The notes under the pieces were generated by a model, which worked only from the letters and a program-made list of their open reading frames with translations, ran no database searches and was not told the DNA's origin. Made by a program: the position numbers and the translations under genes. From positions 21,910,560-21,974,559 of the forward strand of contig NC_134027.1 in assembly GCF_964204645.1 (NCBI RefSeq): a DNA stretch of 64,000 nucleotides. Reading direction: 5' to 3'. The stretch's first letter is position 1; each line of letters begins with the position of its first letter. Shown piece by piece: positions 41,159 through 53,147 of the stretch. The stretch comes from Tubulanus polymorphus (lineage: Eukaryota; Animalia; Nemertea).

Positions 41159-44100
41159 ATGATAAAAATAGGAGTCATAGGCTGCGGCCACTGGGGCAAG
41201 GACCACGTACGGGTTTTGATCGAACGCGGCTCGCTGGCCGGCGTATGCGACTCGGACGCGGCGGCCATCGCGGCCATTCGCCAAACTAAGCCGGACGTCA
41301 TCGTCTACAGCCTCGACGAGATGCTCGCCGACGCTTCCGTCGAAGGCGTGGTCATAGCCACGCCCGACCGCAGCCACTTCGACCTGGCTGAACGCGCGTT
41401 ACGAGCTGGTAAACACGTGCTGGTCGAGACACCGATGACGACGTCGTACGCGCAGGCGCGGGCACTAGTACGTCTGGCCGACGAGCGCCGTCTGCTGGTA
41501 ACGACCGGGTATCATATGCTGCACCAGGGCGCCGTCAGAATGATGCTGCGCTCGATCGAGAGTGGCGCGATCGGTGACGTGACGAACGTACGAACTCATC
41601 GCTATCGCCGACGTTCGTGCGCCAACATCCAGGTTCACTGGTCTCTTGGACCGCACGACGTGGCCGTCATCCTAGCGATCAATGGTTGTCGGCTACCCCG
41701 GAGACTGAGAGCGGTGGGAGAGCCGACGCAAGAGGTCGACATTCGCATGGAGTTCGGCGATAATGGCGATGACGGCGCGCTGAAAACGATGTCGGCGATT
41801 GCGCGGGGTTTTCCGGTTGTGGAACACAAAATCGTCGTGAACGGTACGGAAGGCGCATTCGTGTTTAACGACACGCTGCCCAGGGGCCAGAAACTGAAAT
41901 TCTACCCGGCCTACACCGGCCAGGACGCGGCGAGCTGGTTAACCTTGACGCCGGACGCTGGTGACGGTGGATTTTTCGTCGCCTGTCGCGAAGAGGAGCT
42001 GCTAATGTCGGAGCACTCCGCGTTCGCGAAGGCGATCGAGTCAAACGGTGGAGATGGTTATCCGGAATCGTGGGCGTGCAACGACTTCGGCGCCTACGTC
42101 GCGTGCGTCTTGGAGCTTGCGCACGAGTCTCTCCTAACCGACGGATCCTGGCGCATAGTCGATGAATATTTAAATGGGCAACAGATTCGAGCTCCGAATT
42201 CGCGTAAAGAAAACGACAAGTACGCACCCGTGCACGGTAACCCGGCCGTTCAGCGCGGCTCGGCGAGCGACAAGCGTGATGAACTAACCGCCGCGTGTCC
42301 TCACACCGACCTTGCAATGGATGGTGATATCTCTCAGCTCCCTCTAGTCACCAACGAAAAATCCGATAAAAGATGCAAACCTCTCCACCAGGCGGTGGTT
42401 GGTAGCGATGAAACCTGCGATAGCTCTCGGCGCGCACCGACAGCGACCGCCGGTTGCGAACCGCCCCCACCGGCCCCGATCACTCTAGCCGGTTTGGAGC
42501 GACAACTGAAGGTGGTCGATAAACCAGTTAAAGCCCGCGTGATATCGGTAATCGATAGCTGCAAGTTTATATTCGGCCCAGAAATGGCTCAGTTGGGAGG
42601 AGAATTGTCTCGATTCTGCGGTTGTAAACACGTCATCACCTGCGCCTGCGGCACCGACGCGTTGCGTTTGGCTTTGACTGCGAAAGGCGCCACTCGGCCG
42701 CATCAGGCGGTATTCGTGCCGGCGAACACGTGCTGCTCCACGGTTGAAGCGATCATAGTGGCCGGCGCAACGCCCGTATTCGTCGATGTGCGGCAAGATA
42801 CGTACAACATGGACGAGACGAGCCTCGCAAAAGGTAATATATTGTGTGCTTCTTGCGGAGTAGAACGCAAACTGCGTTGCGTATGAAATAATTCAAAAAT
42901 ACAGCATAATCGGAATTAAGTTCAGATTAATCGAAGTTGGCGGTTTAATTCTGCACCAAATCGATATCAATGTGAAATACATGAAAATGTTTATGAAATA
43001 CACAATACGGTGTCCCGTACTGCGGTGAAATTGAGACTCATAATATTCTACTAATACATCTAACTCAGTATTTGAAAACCAAACTATGTATTTGATACCT
43101 CCGGATAGTCTGAGCCTAACATAGCGAAATGGATTCGATATACTGCATGTTTTACGACAGCTGTGGGTTGACCCTGTTACTTCAAACGACACGCGACATG
43201 CTTTTCAGGATGAACTAATTAGATTCGACAAAACGAAAATGTATTTTCCAAGTTTGACCCACTATCACACAAAAACTAATAACGATAATTGAAAACTGTA
43301 AAAAAAAACATAGAAAAATACATATAAATACCTATTGATCCTGAAAATTTCAAAAATATAGATTAAAATTTGTAAGAATTGCAAATTTTTGGATGAGATG
43401 AGCAATAATTTAAGTTGAATTATCCGGAAGACGATATCAATGTTTATGACTTCACCAGCGCGCATTGTTGCAGTACATGTATATGAATGAGTAATATCTT
43501 TAAAAAGTCCAGAGGTATGAACGAAAGAAAAAAATTAAAGGGGGACAAATAGGGACAAAAAATTCAACTATGCGGACCCGGCGCGTACCCAAAATAATGG
43601 CGCCTGGAAACTTTAAAAGGCTTAACGAATAAAACCGACAGTTACTTCTGTAAAAACAGTTTATTGCCTTAAAGTTTCGAGGTTCAAACTAAACCTGTTT
43701 GAGGTTTAGTTTTGAACCTCGAAACTGCACTCGAACTGTCGGTTTTATTCGTTAACTCTACACTGAGATTTACATCAGTTCACTGCAGTCATGTAAAAGG
43801 CTTATTGCATTGCCGCACTAATCAATTTATACCATAAATACCGAAGATCTGACCAATTTTCATATCGTTTCAATTATTTCGTTTGGTTTTTTTTCAGCGA
43901 TCGAGTTGGCCCGAGGCAGCTCTCTCGAACCTACCGGTGTCGTTGTCGTAGACCTGTACGGTATGCCGGCCGACTACGACGCAATCGGTGCCGTCGCTCG
44001 AGTCAACGACCTGTGGGTTTTAGAGGACGCGGCGCAAAGCTTCGGCGCCGAGCGCAACGGCGTGAAAGTGGGTAACATTTGCGAAATAACGATAACCAGT

Positions 44101-45384
44101 TTCTACCCGGCGAAGGGTCTCGGTACGTTTATAGTCGAATTCATTAAATGTGTATGGCGTGCTATCACGCTAGGTGGCAGGTGAATCGGTTGAACAAATC
44201 GTTCAAAAACCGTTCAATTTTCTAGCCTTCTACATAAACCAATTTAACCTTCTGGCTAACTACATCATCCAAACAAGTGCAATACGCAATAAATTACTTG
44301 AAACAGCAGTATGGAAATTTAATGTGCTCTTATAGGCCAAAATTGGCCGGTTGGATCAACTTAGTAATGCATCAAACTTTGCAACGAATGCAGACTAGGC
44401 AAATTACACGTCTCTAAAGAAGCACCAGAAGCACCGATTAATCTTCAAAGGATTCGTATAAAAGCGAGAATTTTATTCACCATTCGTAGAATTTGAGAAA
44501 TTATGGATACATTTTCAATTGAAACTGAAAAGAGACTCGGTACACACACGTTCGCGTATGATATAAATATTACCACGGTGTACCCACCAAATATAAATCA
44601 AATTAGTTTTTCAACTCAATGATGGATGTAGTTTTCAGTTAGTGTCCACTTTCAGCCCACAGCGGGCTATGCGTTCAATTTTCGTTTTCAATTTTTCAGT
44701 TTCCAACTCAAGTAAAACATTTTTGGACCTTATTTTTCGTCTTTATTGTGGGGTTCTCGTTTTATTTATGCGATCAATAATATCCTAGTTCAATGTCCCT
44801 CTTTTTCCTGTTTAGGATGTTTCGGAGATGGCGGAGCCGTACTCACCAACAGCGACGAGTTAGCGGCCGCTGTCTGGAGTCTCCGCGCTCACGGCCGCAG
44901 CCCGGACCACAAATACCACATCGAACGAGTCGGCATGAACAGTCGTTTAGACACCCTCCAAGCGGCCGTACTGCTTGAAAAACTTAAAATCTTCCCCGGC
45001 GAAATCGAATCGCGGCGTCGTATCGCCGAGCGATATCGTCAGCTGTTATCGCCGCACGGCGTCACGACGCCGACGACACCGGCCGGCGTGGCGTCCTCGT
45101 GGACGGCGTACACAGTCGTCCTGCCGACCAACTGCGACCGAAGCCGCGTCATCGACGACCTAGAACGACGGCATCGCGTACAAACGGGTGTCTTCTACGA
45201 GCCGGGACCGCAGCACAAACTGCCCGCCTTCGCCGACTATTTGCGGCCGGCGATGACGGTTGTCGACGGCCTGCAGCCGCGAATACTTAGCCTGCCCGTA
45301 CACCCTTACCTGCGCGACGACGAGGTCGAACGCGTTGCCCGAGCACTGGTCGAATGCGTACGAAATTTCACGATCAAAACGTGA
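41159..45384 (+). CDS. Bacterial-type Gfo/Idh/MocA oxidoreductase - DegT/DnrJ/EryC1/StrS aminotransferase fusion (about 822 aa, intron-containing)
   Basis: Exons 41159-42833, 43898-44122, 44816-45384 (2469 nt, two phase-1 GT-AG introns). N-domain: IGVIGCGHWG, VIATPDRSHFDLA..AGKHVLVETP, LGPHD. C-domain: GTDAL, GATPVFVDV, VDLYGMPAD, EDAAQSFGA, SFYPAKGLG|CFGDGG (PLP Lys motif rebuilt across the splice), GMNSRLDTLQAAVL, LSLPVHPYL. A possible extra 5' exon lies at 40027-40061. Confidence 0.92.
43622..43756. mobile_element. Palindromic MITE in an intron of the fusion gene
   Basis: TTAACGAATAAAACCGACAGTT / AACTGTCGGTTTTATTCGTTAA arms plus an inner hairpin TTTCGAGGTTCAAA / TTTGAACCTCGAAA. Confidence 0.7.
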
Positions 45385-45951
45385 TGAAGTCGCTTCCCCG
45401 GGGGATGCAACAACAAAAGTCATTATTATTTATTTACTTTCTTATAGAATTATACCAAGTTATAATATGGTCACACATAAATGAAATATTGGTAATATAT
45501 CAACATAAAATGTTTTGATAAATACAGCAGGAAAAGCTTAAAGCTTGTATAGATAGACCCACCCTTGGATCTACGTTTTAACAATATTTTCTAATCTGCA
45601 AATAAAGGTGCTAAAATTGGTTATAGTCTACTCGGTTCTTAAAGGAGTTTTGATTTTGAGGATTGATTTTGAGGAATACACGCAGCTAATCTAGGTTCAG
45701 TTTCTGTAAAAAAGGTATTAAAACCATTGGCTATAAAAAGTGGATCACCCATAGCCAAGTCATACACGACAAACTGTTCAGAATAAACCAATTTCTTTTT
45801 CTTAGCTAAGATTGAATTTACTCGTGACTATACATGTAAGAAATCGTCATGGAATGAAGTTTTTTGCTGTTTTTAAACATTCAAAAAATACGATTCTGTA
45901 TCTTATAGCCAGCTTTGATGATTGAGATTTCTAAAAAGATGTTAGAAAGAA

Positions 45952-46164
45952 ACTAGCCACGATAAGCGCCGAAAATTCTACGAAATGGTTATTTCCGGTT
46001 ACTGTCGGTAATTTTCGTAGAATGCTTGGTCACGCCACGAATGAGTTGCCAGGTAGCTATCCCCACGTTGCTATGTAGCATCAGTGTTCCCTTCACGTGA
46101 AATCGCTTTACGCTGACCCTTTTTACACGCGCTTTTCAATTATTTCCCATCGAAATGGAAAATT
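45952..46164 (+). repeat. Truncated duplicate of the promoter, 5' UTR and start codon of the 35265 gene
   Basis: Collinear with 35054-35274; ends ATG GAA AAT TAA. Confidence 0.85.
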
Positions 46165-47637
46165 AAGTTCTTCTTAATTGGCTAACCTTGGCTTAACCTT
46201 AATTACCCTTGATATTTTGAAAAACCTGTTGGTCAATTTGGCTAAATACATTAAACAAGGCTTTTATGTATAGAGATCCCTCCATTAGTGTATATCGTAT
46301 ATACGTCTTGTATATACTTAATGTATATTTTGTTAATGATTGTGTTATGTTTTCATTTTTTGACGCCTTATAAAACGTTACCATTATGAAACCTAAACAA
46401 GATTAACCATTCAGCGTCATTTTACAAACGAACCGTAAATCGATGTGCAAAACGTCACAGGTCTATGTGTAAACATTCAATCTATTTGGCAAAATACTAT
46501 TTCTTCCTATGATTATATAATGAGCTCTATTTGAACGTCGAAATGTTATATTGCATTGAATGTCATTAGAAGACGTATTGTAATAGTAAAGGATGTATGA
46601 TTATATCAGAAGCCGCAGGCGTAAATAGAAATGATAAGTAAATCGGAATATTCGGTCAAAATGGCGGATGTATACACGATTTGGAAGTCTGATATAAAAG
46701 TAAGACCCTGACATGGGGATGCCGGTGGAATGACGAAGCTATCTACGATCTGTGTGGGGCCGGCGTGAGTTTCATCGGCGGCCACAAGTCGTCAATATAA
46801 AAATGTGTAAACATATAATTTCAATATTCAAATGTTTTTAGAAAATATGTTCGATATAAGGGGTATGCAGGTGTCATGAGATTAGCAATTCATAATAGCA
46901 TAGCTGTCATATACGGCTCCACGTCCTCTGATGGCATGAGTATTATGTGACAATTCAATTCAATTCTTTATTGATCCTTATTACATATAAAATTCCCAAA
47001 TTCAAAAAAGTTACAAATTTTAAAATAAGAAAATACAACATACAAGACACGTGCGTAATTCATACAGAATAACATAAGCAAGTAATTTTAAATGACAATG
47101 TCTACTTCAACTCAAGAGGATATCGAGTGACAGCCAAACCGGGGACCGGCCGGACCGGCTGGCTGGGCCACACGATATGCTTCAAAGTCATGATGCAGCA
47201 GAGATCAGAAGGGAGCTCTTTCCTCAACCATGGAGGCAATGAAGTTGCAGACCAGCTTAGAGGCAAAAGTGAATGAATTCGGTCGCAAGTTATCAATTAT
47301 TGACAATTTTCAATAAAAGAATTAAACCTACAGTCGACAAGGTCTGTATCATCTACCCAATCGCCTATTCTCATAATTTCCCAAATTTCTTAAAACTTCG
47401 ATTTCAAATTTGCAATTCCACATTAGCTTATCCAAAAAATTCTACATTTTTTCGCAGGCGTCAAATAATTTATCAAAATTAATTTCCTTATTTATAATTT
47501 CTATCACTTAAGTGTTGTTTTTTAAATAGTTGTATACACGTATGTAGTAAGTTTCCTCCTTGTACAATTGAAATGGTTGGAGTGTGAATAAATTCGTATT
47601 CGTTTATTTTGTATTCGTATCGCCAAATGCTTATCAA

Positions 47638-47719
47638 GTTGTCGTGGCCGAGTGGTTAAGGCGATGGACTAGAAATCCATTGGGATCTTCCCGCGCAGGT
47701 TCGAATCCTGCCGACAACG
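47638..47719 (+). tRNA. trnS: tRNA-Ser(AGA)
   Basis: GTTGTCG/CGACAAC acceptor stem, TGGCCGAGTGG A box, anticodon loop CTAGAAA, long variable arm, GGTTCGAATCC B box, TTTT shortly downstream. Confidence 0.95.
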
Positions 47720-50058
47720 AAATGTTTTGCTAGACTCACCACTGGCTTGAGAGGTTTGTGGGTTCGAGATTATAAGTAGTCTATATATATGCATAGTTAA
47801 TAGCTTTTTATATTTTATCAATAATTCAGTTCGTTTCAAAATGACCCTCATTTGGTGGAATCACATATTCTTACCGACGACCGACTTCCGGCCATATCAC
47901 ATTCGAATTTTCCAGAAAACTCTTCTACGTGTTTCCCTACGAGAACTCCGCGTTTATTCTGTGTGCATAATTCGTCAACCAAACGTCGATCGGACTTGTC
48001 GTTTTTTTATGCGCATCATTTTAATCACTTACTCTTATATTCCTCGAATTATGGATTCCAAAAAAAAGAAAAATGAGACAAGATTAGTCTAAAGTAATTT
48101 CATATCTTATATCTAATCATATATCTTATATCTTATATTCAGTCTTATATCAATTCAAACCTCGAGAAAGAAATAGAATGGCTTTAAAAAGACATCGATT
48201 AATATAGCAAGAAAACTTCATCAATGTATATAAACATTATTGTAACGGTTTTTATGGCGTCGAAACAACTATTACCATCCAAGTTAACAAGTTTCATCGG
48301 TGTCCCTAAAACTGAACACTGCTTTTCGACTAGTATTTCTTCAGGGATAAAAGATAATCTGAATTAATTGAAATTCTCACAGAATAACGTCATGCGTCAG
48401 GTATCATGCACTTTTGCTTAAAGCATTCGTATTTCATAGCTGGAATATTGCTAACGATACGTCTTTCGCAACTGAATCGATTTACAATGCATACAGATTT
48501 GAACGCGGAATTCAATTTACTTCAAAGAATCAATGGACAGCCTCGTTTTGGAGTTGAGCCAAATTGACTTCAGAAATCTAAAAAATGAGTTTCTACGTAA
48601 ACATTGGATTAACACGGAAGCTGGTGAAAGGTTGCAGGTCACCGTGAGTCAGAAATTACTTTATTATTCGCGGCTGAAATTTTTTTTTTATAACTAGATA
48701 TAGGGTACACATTTTAGAGGTGGTATGTAACATATTCTTGAATCGTACCAACACCCACATAAAATTATCTAATCAGGACTTCTTCTATTATTGAAGTATA
48801 TATTTGATTTGCTTCATTCCGTCAATTTTCAGTATATCAAGGATTCAAGATGTCAAGAACTTTGCCCCGACAGCGGAAGTGGATGGGACAGACGTCCGAA
48901 AGTGACGTCTTCAAACATGTTGGAAAGGTGGAAAAATCATAACTGCTATTTCGGCGAGGATATTGGAAGGTGTCCCGTTTACCGCCGGTTCCCCAAACTA
49001 CTATCCCGGCTGTTCATATTCGCTATGTTTTCTTTCGTCAATATCTTGATCGTGGTATTCTTATTTTATCGGTCAATGTTCAAAATATTCTCACCCCAAC
49101 ACGTACAAATACCATAGCAATCTTTGTCTATATGCATGACTCAATGGTTAATGAGAAATTCATTACACGTTCCGATATGAACACGTGTCACACCTTGACG
49201 CATAGATTATCTAAATGAAATATTCAGAAATGATAATTCAGAAATAAATATATTATTAGATATGATAATTTGAAAAGTAAATATACATTAGGACATAGAA
49301 ATTTACTATTCCCTAAAAGAAATTATCTATAATGGTCCCCTGGCACCCTTGTCAAAAACATCTGACGATGGGTTCTTTCAAATAGCCCTTTATTTCTTGG
49401 TAGTTCCATAAAGAACATTTTTTCCAAGGGGTCCTTAAAGACCAAAATGTTCTTTGGCGAAGCTTTAAGGATTACATCAGAGGCAGACTGGCGGGCTAAA
49501 GGTTCCCCGTTAGAACCACTTGTTCAAAGACTTCAATAATGGGACGATGCACTAATGGAGTTTTATGTTTATAAATAGTTTAGCTGCAAAATCGGGTCGC
49601 CTTTATTAATGTGATAAATTCTCAAATGACGACTTACGCACTTTTAGTCAATTTTGCACGCAGACGTACAGACGACTTACATAACGTGACAACTTCATTT
49701 TACATACACTTACAGAACATATAAATTGGAACTCAAAAATACCGGTATGATTTTAAAATACCCCTATTGATTAAAGACCATCCCTATCTTTTAGGACAAC
49801 CAGAGAATAGTTATGAATTATACATATATACATATCATATACATCAAAGACAACTGTTACTGTCTGGCATATAGCTGAGAGCTGGAGATTAGTGTCTGGC
49901 AAATCCAACGCAAACTCATTATTCATGATTACTATTCATGATTACATAATTCATATTACGTGTGTTTAAATGTTCGGCAGGATTACACGCATGTCAGATA
50001 CAACTTTGAGAATTTATTGCGAAAAGCTGCTTATGTGCAAATGATCAGCTTACAACAC

Positions 50059-50089
50059 TATAAATACCGATAGAATTCCGGCTTTAGTC
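50059..50089 (+). promoter_or_regulatory. TATA box and initiator of the peptide gene
   Basis: TATAAATA at 50059-50066 and an Inr-like TTAGTC about 27 bp downstream. A non-coding first exon ends AG|GTAAGT at 50132, and the acceptor TTTTCAG lies at 50629. Confidence 0.65.
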
Positions 50090-50632
50090 AATTATTGCAA
50101 ATCCTTTTAACAACGCTCTCACAAAATCTGAGGTAAGTGACGACAAGCTCTCGTCGGCAGCATATATGGGAGTGTTTGGAGAAGGCTTTCGGGCTCTTAA
50201 CTTAATAAGTTATACACACGCCTATGGGGGGATGAGTTTTCAATGAAAGTGTCATGGTGTCGAATGCTTGCCAAGTGGAGGGGTTAACAAACTGCGGCTC
50301 GTACGAACTAAGACAGAGGTTTGCCGTCCATTTCAGGTTCAATATAAAGATTTTGCCAACTGACATAATTTTTTTTCTCTGCCTCATCTCATCGGTGGTA
50401 ATATGTCAATCGATAGTAATCCCTGCATTATCATACACATATAATTCAACTTAAATCGCTTCACATTGGTTTCTTCATTGTATCTTATGAGTCTTATGTT
50501 TCTACTTAATAGCAATATGCTGAATTTGTCTTCGCAGTAGGCAAATATAGATATTGAGAGTAGTTCAATTCATAGTTCTGTCCCAGCATTTTTTGGAATT
50601 AAAATAAATTCTCGAAATCTTATTTTCAGAAT

Positions 50633-50906
50633 ATGTATAAGACTCTGTTTATCGCGTTGGCCTTGTTCTTGGTCATTGGAGCCATTGCCGCAGAAGGTAA
50701 TTTTTCGTTCAATGCAAACTCGTCGATATCAAAGTTAGTTAACCGTTTAATAGTTTATACATAATATTGCAGGAGTTGAGGTCGAAAAGAGAGGAGTTCC
50801 TTGCAAATGCCGTGGAGTGCCGTCAACAATTTGGGTGGTTGGTGGACCGAAGGCTGGCTGTTGCGCAGGTATTGCTGGAATAATCGGCAGGTGCTGTCCT
50901 AACTAA
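50633..50906 (+). CDS. Secreted six-cysteine peptide precursor (65 aa), toxin/defensin-like
   Basis: Exons 50633-50696 and 50773-50906 (phase-1 GT-AG intron): MYKTLFIALALFLVIGAIAAE-G-VEVEKR-GVPCKCRGVPSTIWVVGGPKAGCCAGIAGIIGRCCPN*. Confidence 0.88.
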
Positions 50907-51115
50907 CCGATGATTAATCCATTTCTATCATGCATTGTAATATTCGGTAAAAGTGCAAAACTAAAAAAGATGTTCTGAACATAAATATTATTGTAGTGTG
51001 TATTTCTAAAGCTGTTTAACGAGGCTCGGAGACATGCATAAACTACACTGGTGCCTAGAGGATGCCAACCTAAAACCCGTTGCACATCACCAATTGTCTG
51101 CAATAGTCAAACATC

Positions 51116-51259
51116 TGGGGGCCGGTTCCATAGTCGAGACTTAAGTCCAAAAGTGGTCTTAAATCTTAAGACTGGTCTAAAGCTGTTAGATTAGCTTTAT
51201 AACTAAAATAGTCTTAGACTAGTCTTAAGTCTAAGGCATGACTATGGAACCGGCCCCTG
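51116..51259. mobile_element. MITE
   Basis: TIR GGGGCCGGTTCCATAGTC / GACTATGGAACCGGCCCC with internal CTTAAG repeats. A related element lies at about 51487-51607. Confidence 0.75.
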
Positions 51260-52739
51260 AAGAAGTGAGCCCAGACTGCAGATTGAAACCTCTGCATTAC
51301 TATGAGTCATCTTCATTATAAACTCGTATATTTGACTGCAGAATAATCGACAAAAGGACACGATATCTAGTTGGCCAATGATACAGTACCGCCCGTTTAT
51401 ATTTGATCGCTTTGGATGAGGAACTTGGTGCGAGGTAGCTAGTGAAAGTCCGACGTAGGAAACAATTCTAATAATATCAATGGTCCTGGAAATCCGGATC
51501 AAATTCCACAGAGCTGAGTTGAATTTAACCATTAGAGTTAAAACTTTGAAAATGAACTGATTTTATCTCTGAGTTAACTCTAACTCACAACTGTGGAACC
51601 GGGCCCTAAGAAGGAAATAAGGAAAAAGCAGTAAGGATAAAGAAGCTTTAAGGATAAAGAAGGAAATAAATACACGTAGTCGCGAAGAGAACGATTGTTG
51701 GGGATTTCCAGGCTGTAATCCCTTCCCTAATTTTTTTGGTTACGAGAAATATTGACTTGGGTGACGTGTGGCCAAGTGCTGGAGTGTCAAGCCTAATTCA
51801 AAACCTTATGTTAAAAACGCTTTTGAAAACTCATAAGTTTAACGAACAATTATACAAGTTTTTTGAAAATAAAATGAGTAAAACTGGATCAAAATATTGG
51901 GAAAGGTTTGCGTATATGGATGAATGAAATATGGGCGGGTTAGAATTTTCAACGTCAGATGCTGCTTTTATACCGGTGAACATTTCTTTTAGATAAAATG
52001 ACATGCATGCTTCTATATTGCTCTTCCCTATGCTAATCATTCCAACTTGTGTGCCCATTGAGGGTCCAGCGGGTGGACACGACTAATCCACTATGGTATT
52101 TTTTCACATTTGGATAATTAATGTCCTGCCAGGAATAAACGATTTTTCAAATTATGAGAAATCTGAAAATCGTGGTATGTTTTGAGAGCCGGATAAAACG
52201 ATCAGAGAACGAACATGTTAGATGTGAGAGTAGTTTGATGCATCCCGTTGAGCTTACCAGGTACCGGCCTATGCTTCTTTTCAATTTTACGACGAAATTC
52301 AGAATCAACGACAAAATAGTCACTGACATGTCTTACTAGTTGACGACCCTCTAACCAAATCCTTTCTGAGCCTTACAAAATGTTGATTGAACTGATGGGC
52401 CGTTAACTGTTCTGTCCTCACTCATGATCAAGCTAATCGGTTCGTACTGTAAGTTTTTCTGGCTGTTCCTTAATTGGCTAACCTTTAATACCCATGATAT
52501 TTTGAAAAAACCTATTGGTCCAATTGGCCTAATTCATTAAACCAGGCTTATATGCAAAGAGATCCCTCCATTAGTGTAAATTGTATATATTCTAAATACT
52601 TAATGCTTAGTTTGTTAATGATGGTGTTATGTTTCATATTTTCATAAATTTTTATCACTTAAAGTCTTGTTTTGTTAGTAGTTGTATACGCATATGTCAT
52701 ACATTCGCTCCTTGTAAAATAGAAATGGTTGGAGCGTAA

Positions 52740-52911
52740 AGCCCGCCGCACACGGCAAATCGTGAAAAAACGTTTTTTTCTTGCGAAAAACGTTTTTCTG
52801 TTCGGCGTTCTGTGTTTTGACTCCCCTTCACACGGCATAACAAAACAAACATGAAAAAAACGTATTTTCACGAGAAAAAAAAGTTTTTTTCGGTGCCGTG
52901 TGCGGCGGGCT
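52740..52911. mobile_element. PIF/Harbinger-like MITE
   Basis: Perfect TIR AGCCCGCCGCACACGGCA / TGCCGTGTGCGGCGGGCT with TAA TSD. The paralogous flank near 47585 is the empty site. Confidence 0.85.
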
Positions 52912-52931
52912 TAAATAAATTCTTATTCGTA

Positions 52932-53095
52932 GAACGACAACCACACTCAAACGTGGTGAACGGATAATAAGATAAAAACCCAATATCTACAGATTAAAAG
53001 AATTAAAAATCAAGAATTTATTTACATATTTTAGATTGAATAAATAAATTCTTGTTTTTAATTCTTTTAATCTGTAGATAGTGGGTTTTATCTTA
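52932..53095. mobile_element. Hairpin-containing insertion with a 15-bp target duplication
   Basis: AAATTCTTATTCGTA at 52917-52931 and 53096-53110, with a near-perfect inverted repeat at 52968-53095. Confidence 0.7.
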
Positions 53096-53147
53096 AAATT
53101 CTTATTCGTAATCACTTTTCGTTTTCTTGGCCTCTAACATATATCGT

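Noticed and set aside
41159-45384. Bacterial contamination as the source of the fusion gene
   Set aside because: The frame is restored only by removing two canonical GT-AG introns of host-like AT-rich composition, one containing a MITE, and no bacterial operon neighbours are present.
41072-45484. Multiple overlapping antisense and alternate-frame ORFs
   Set aside because: Expected by-products of a GC-rich coding region with few stop codons.
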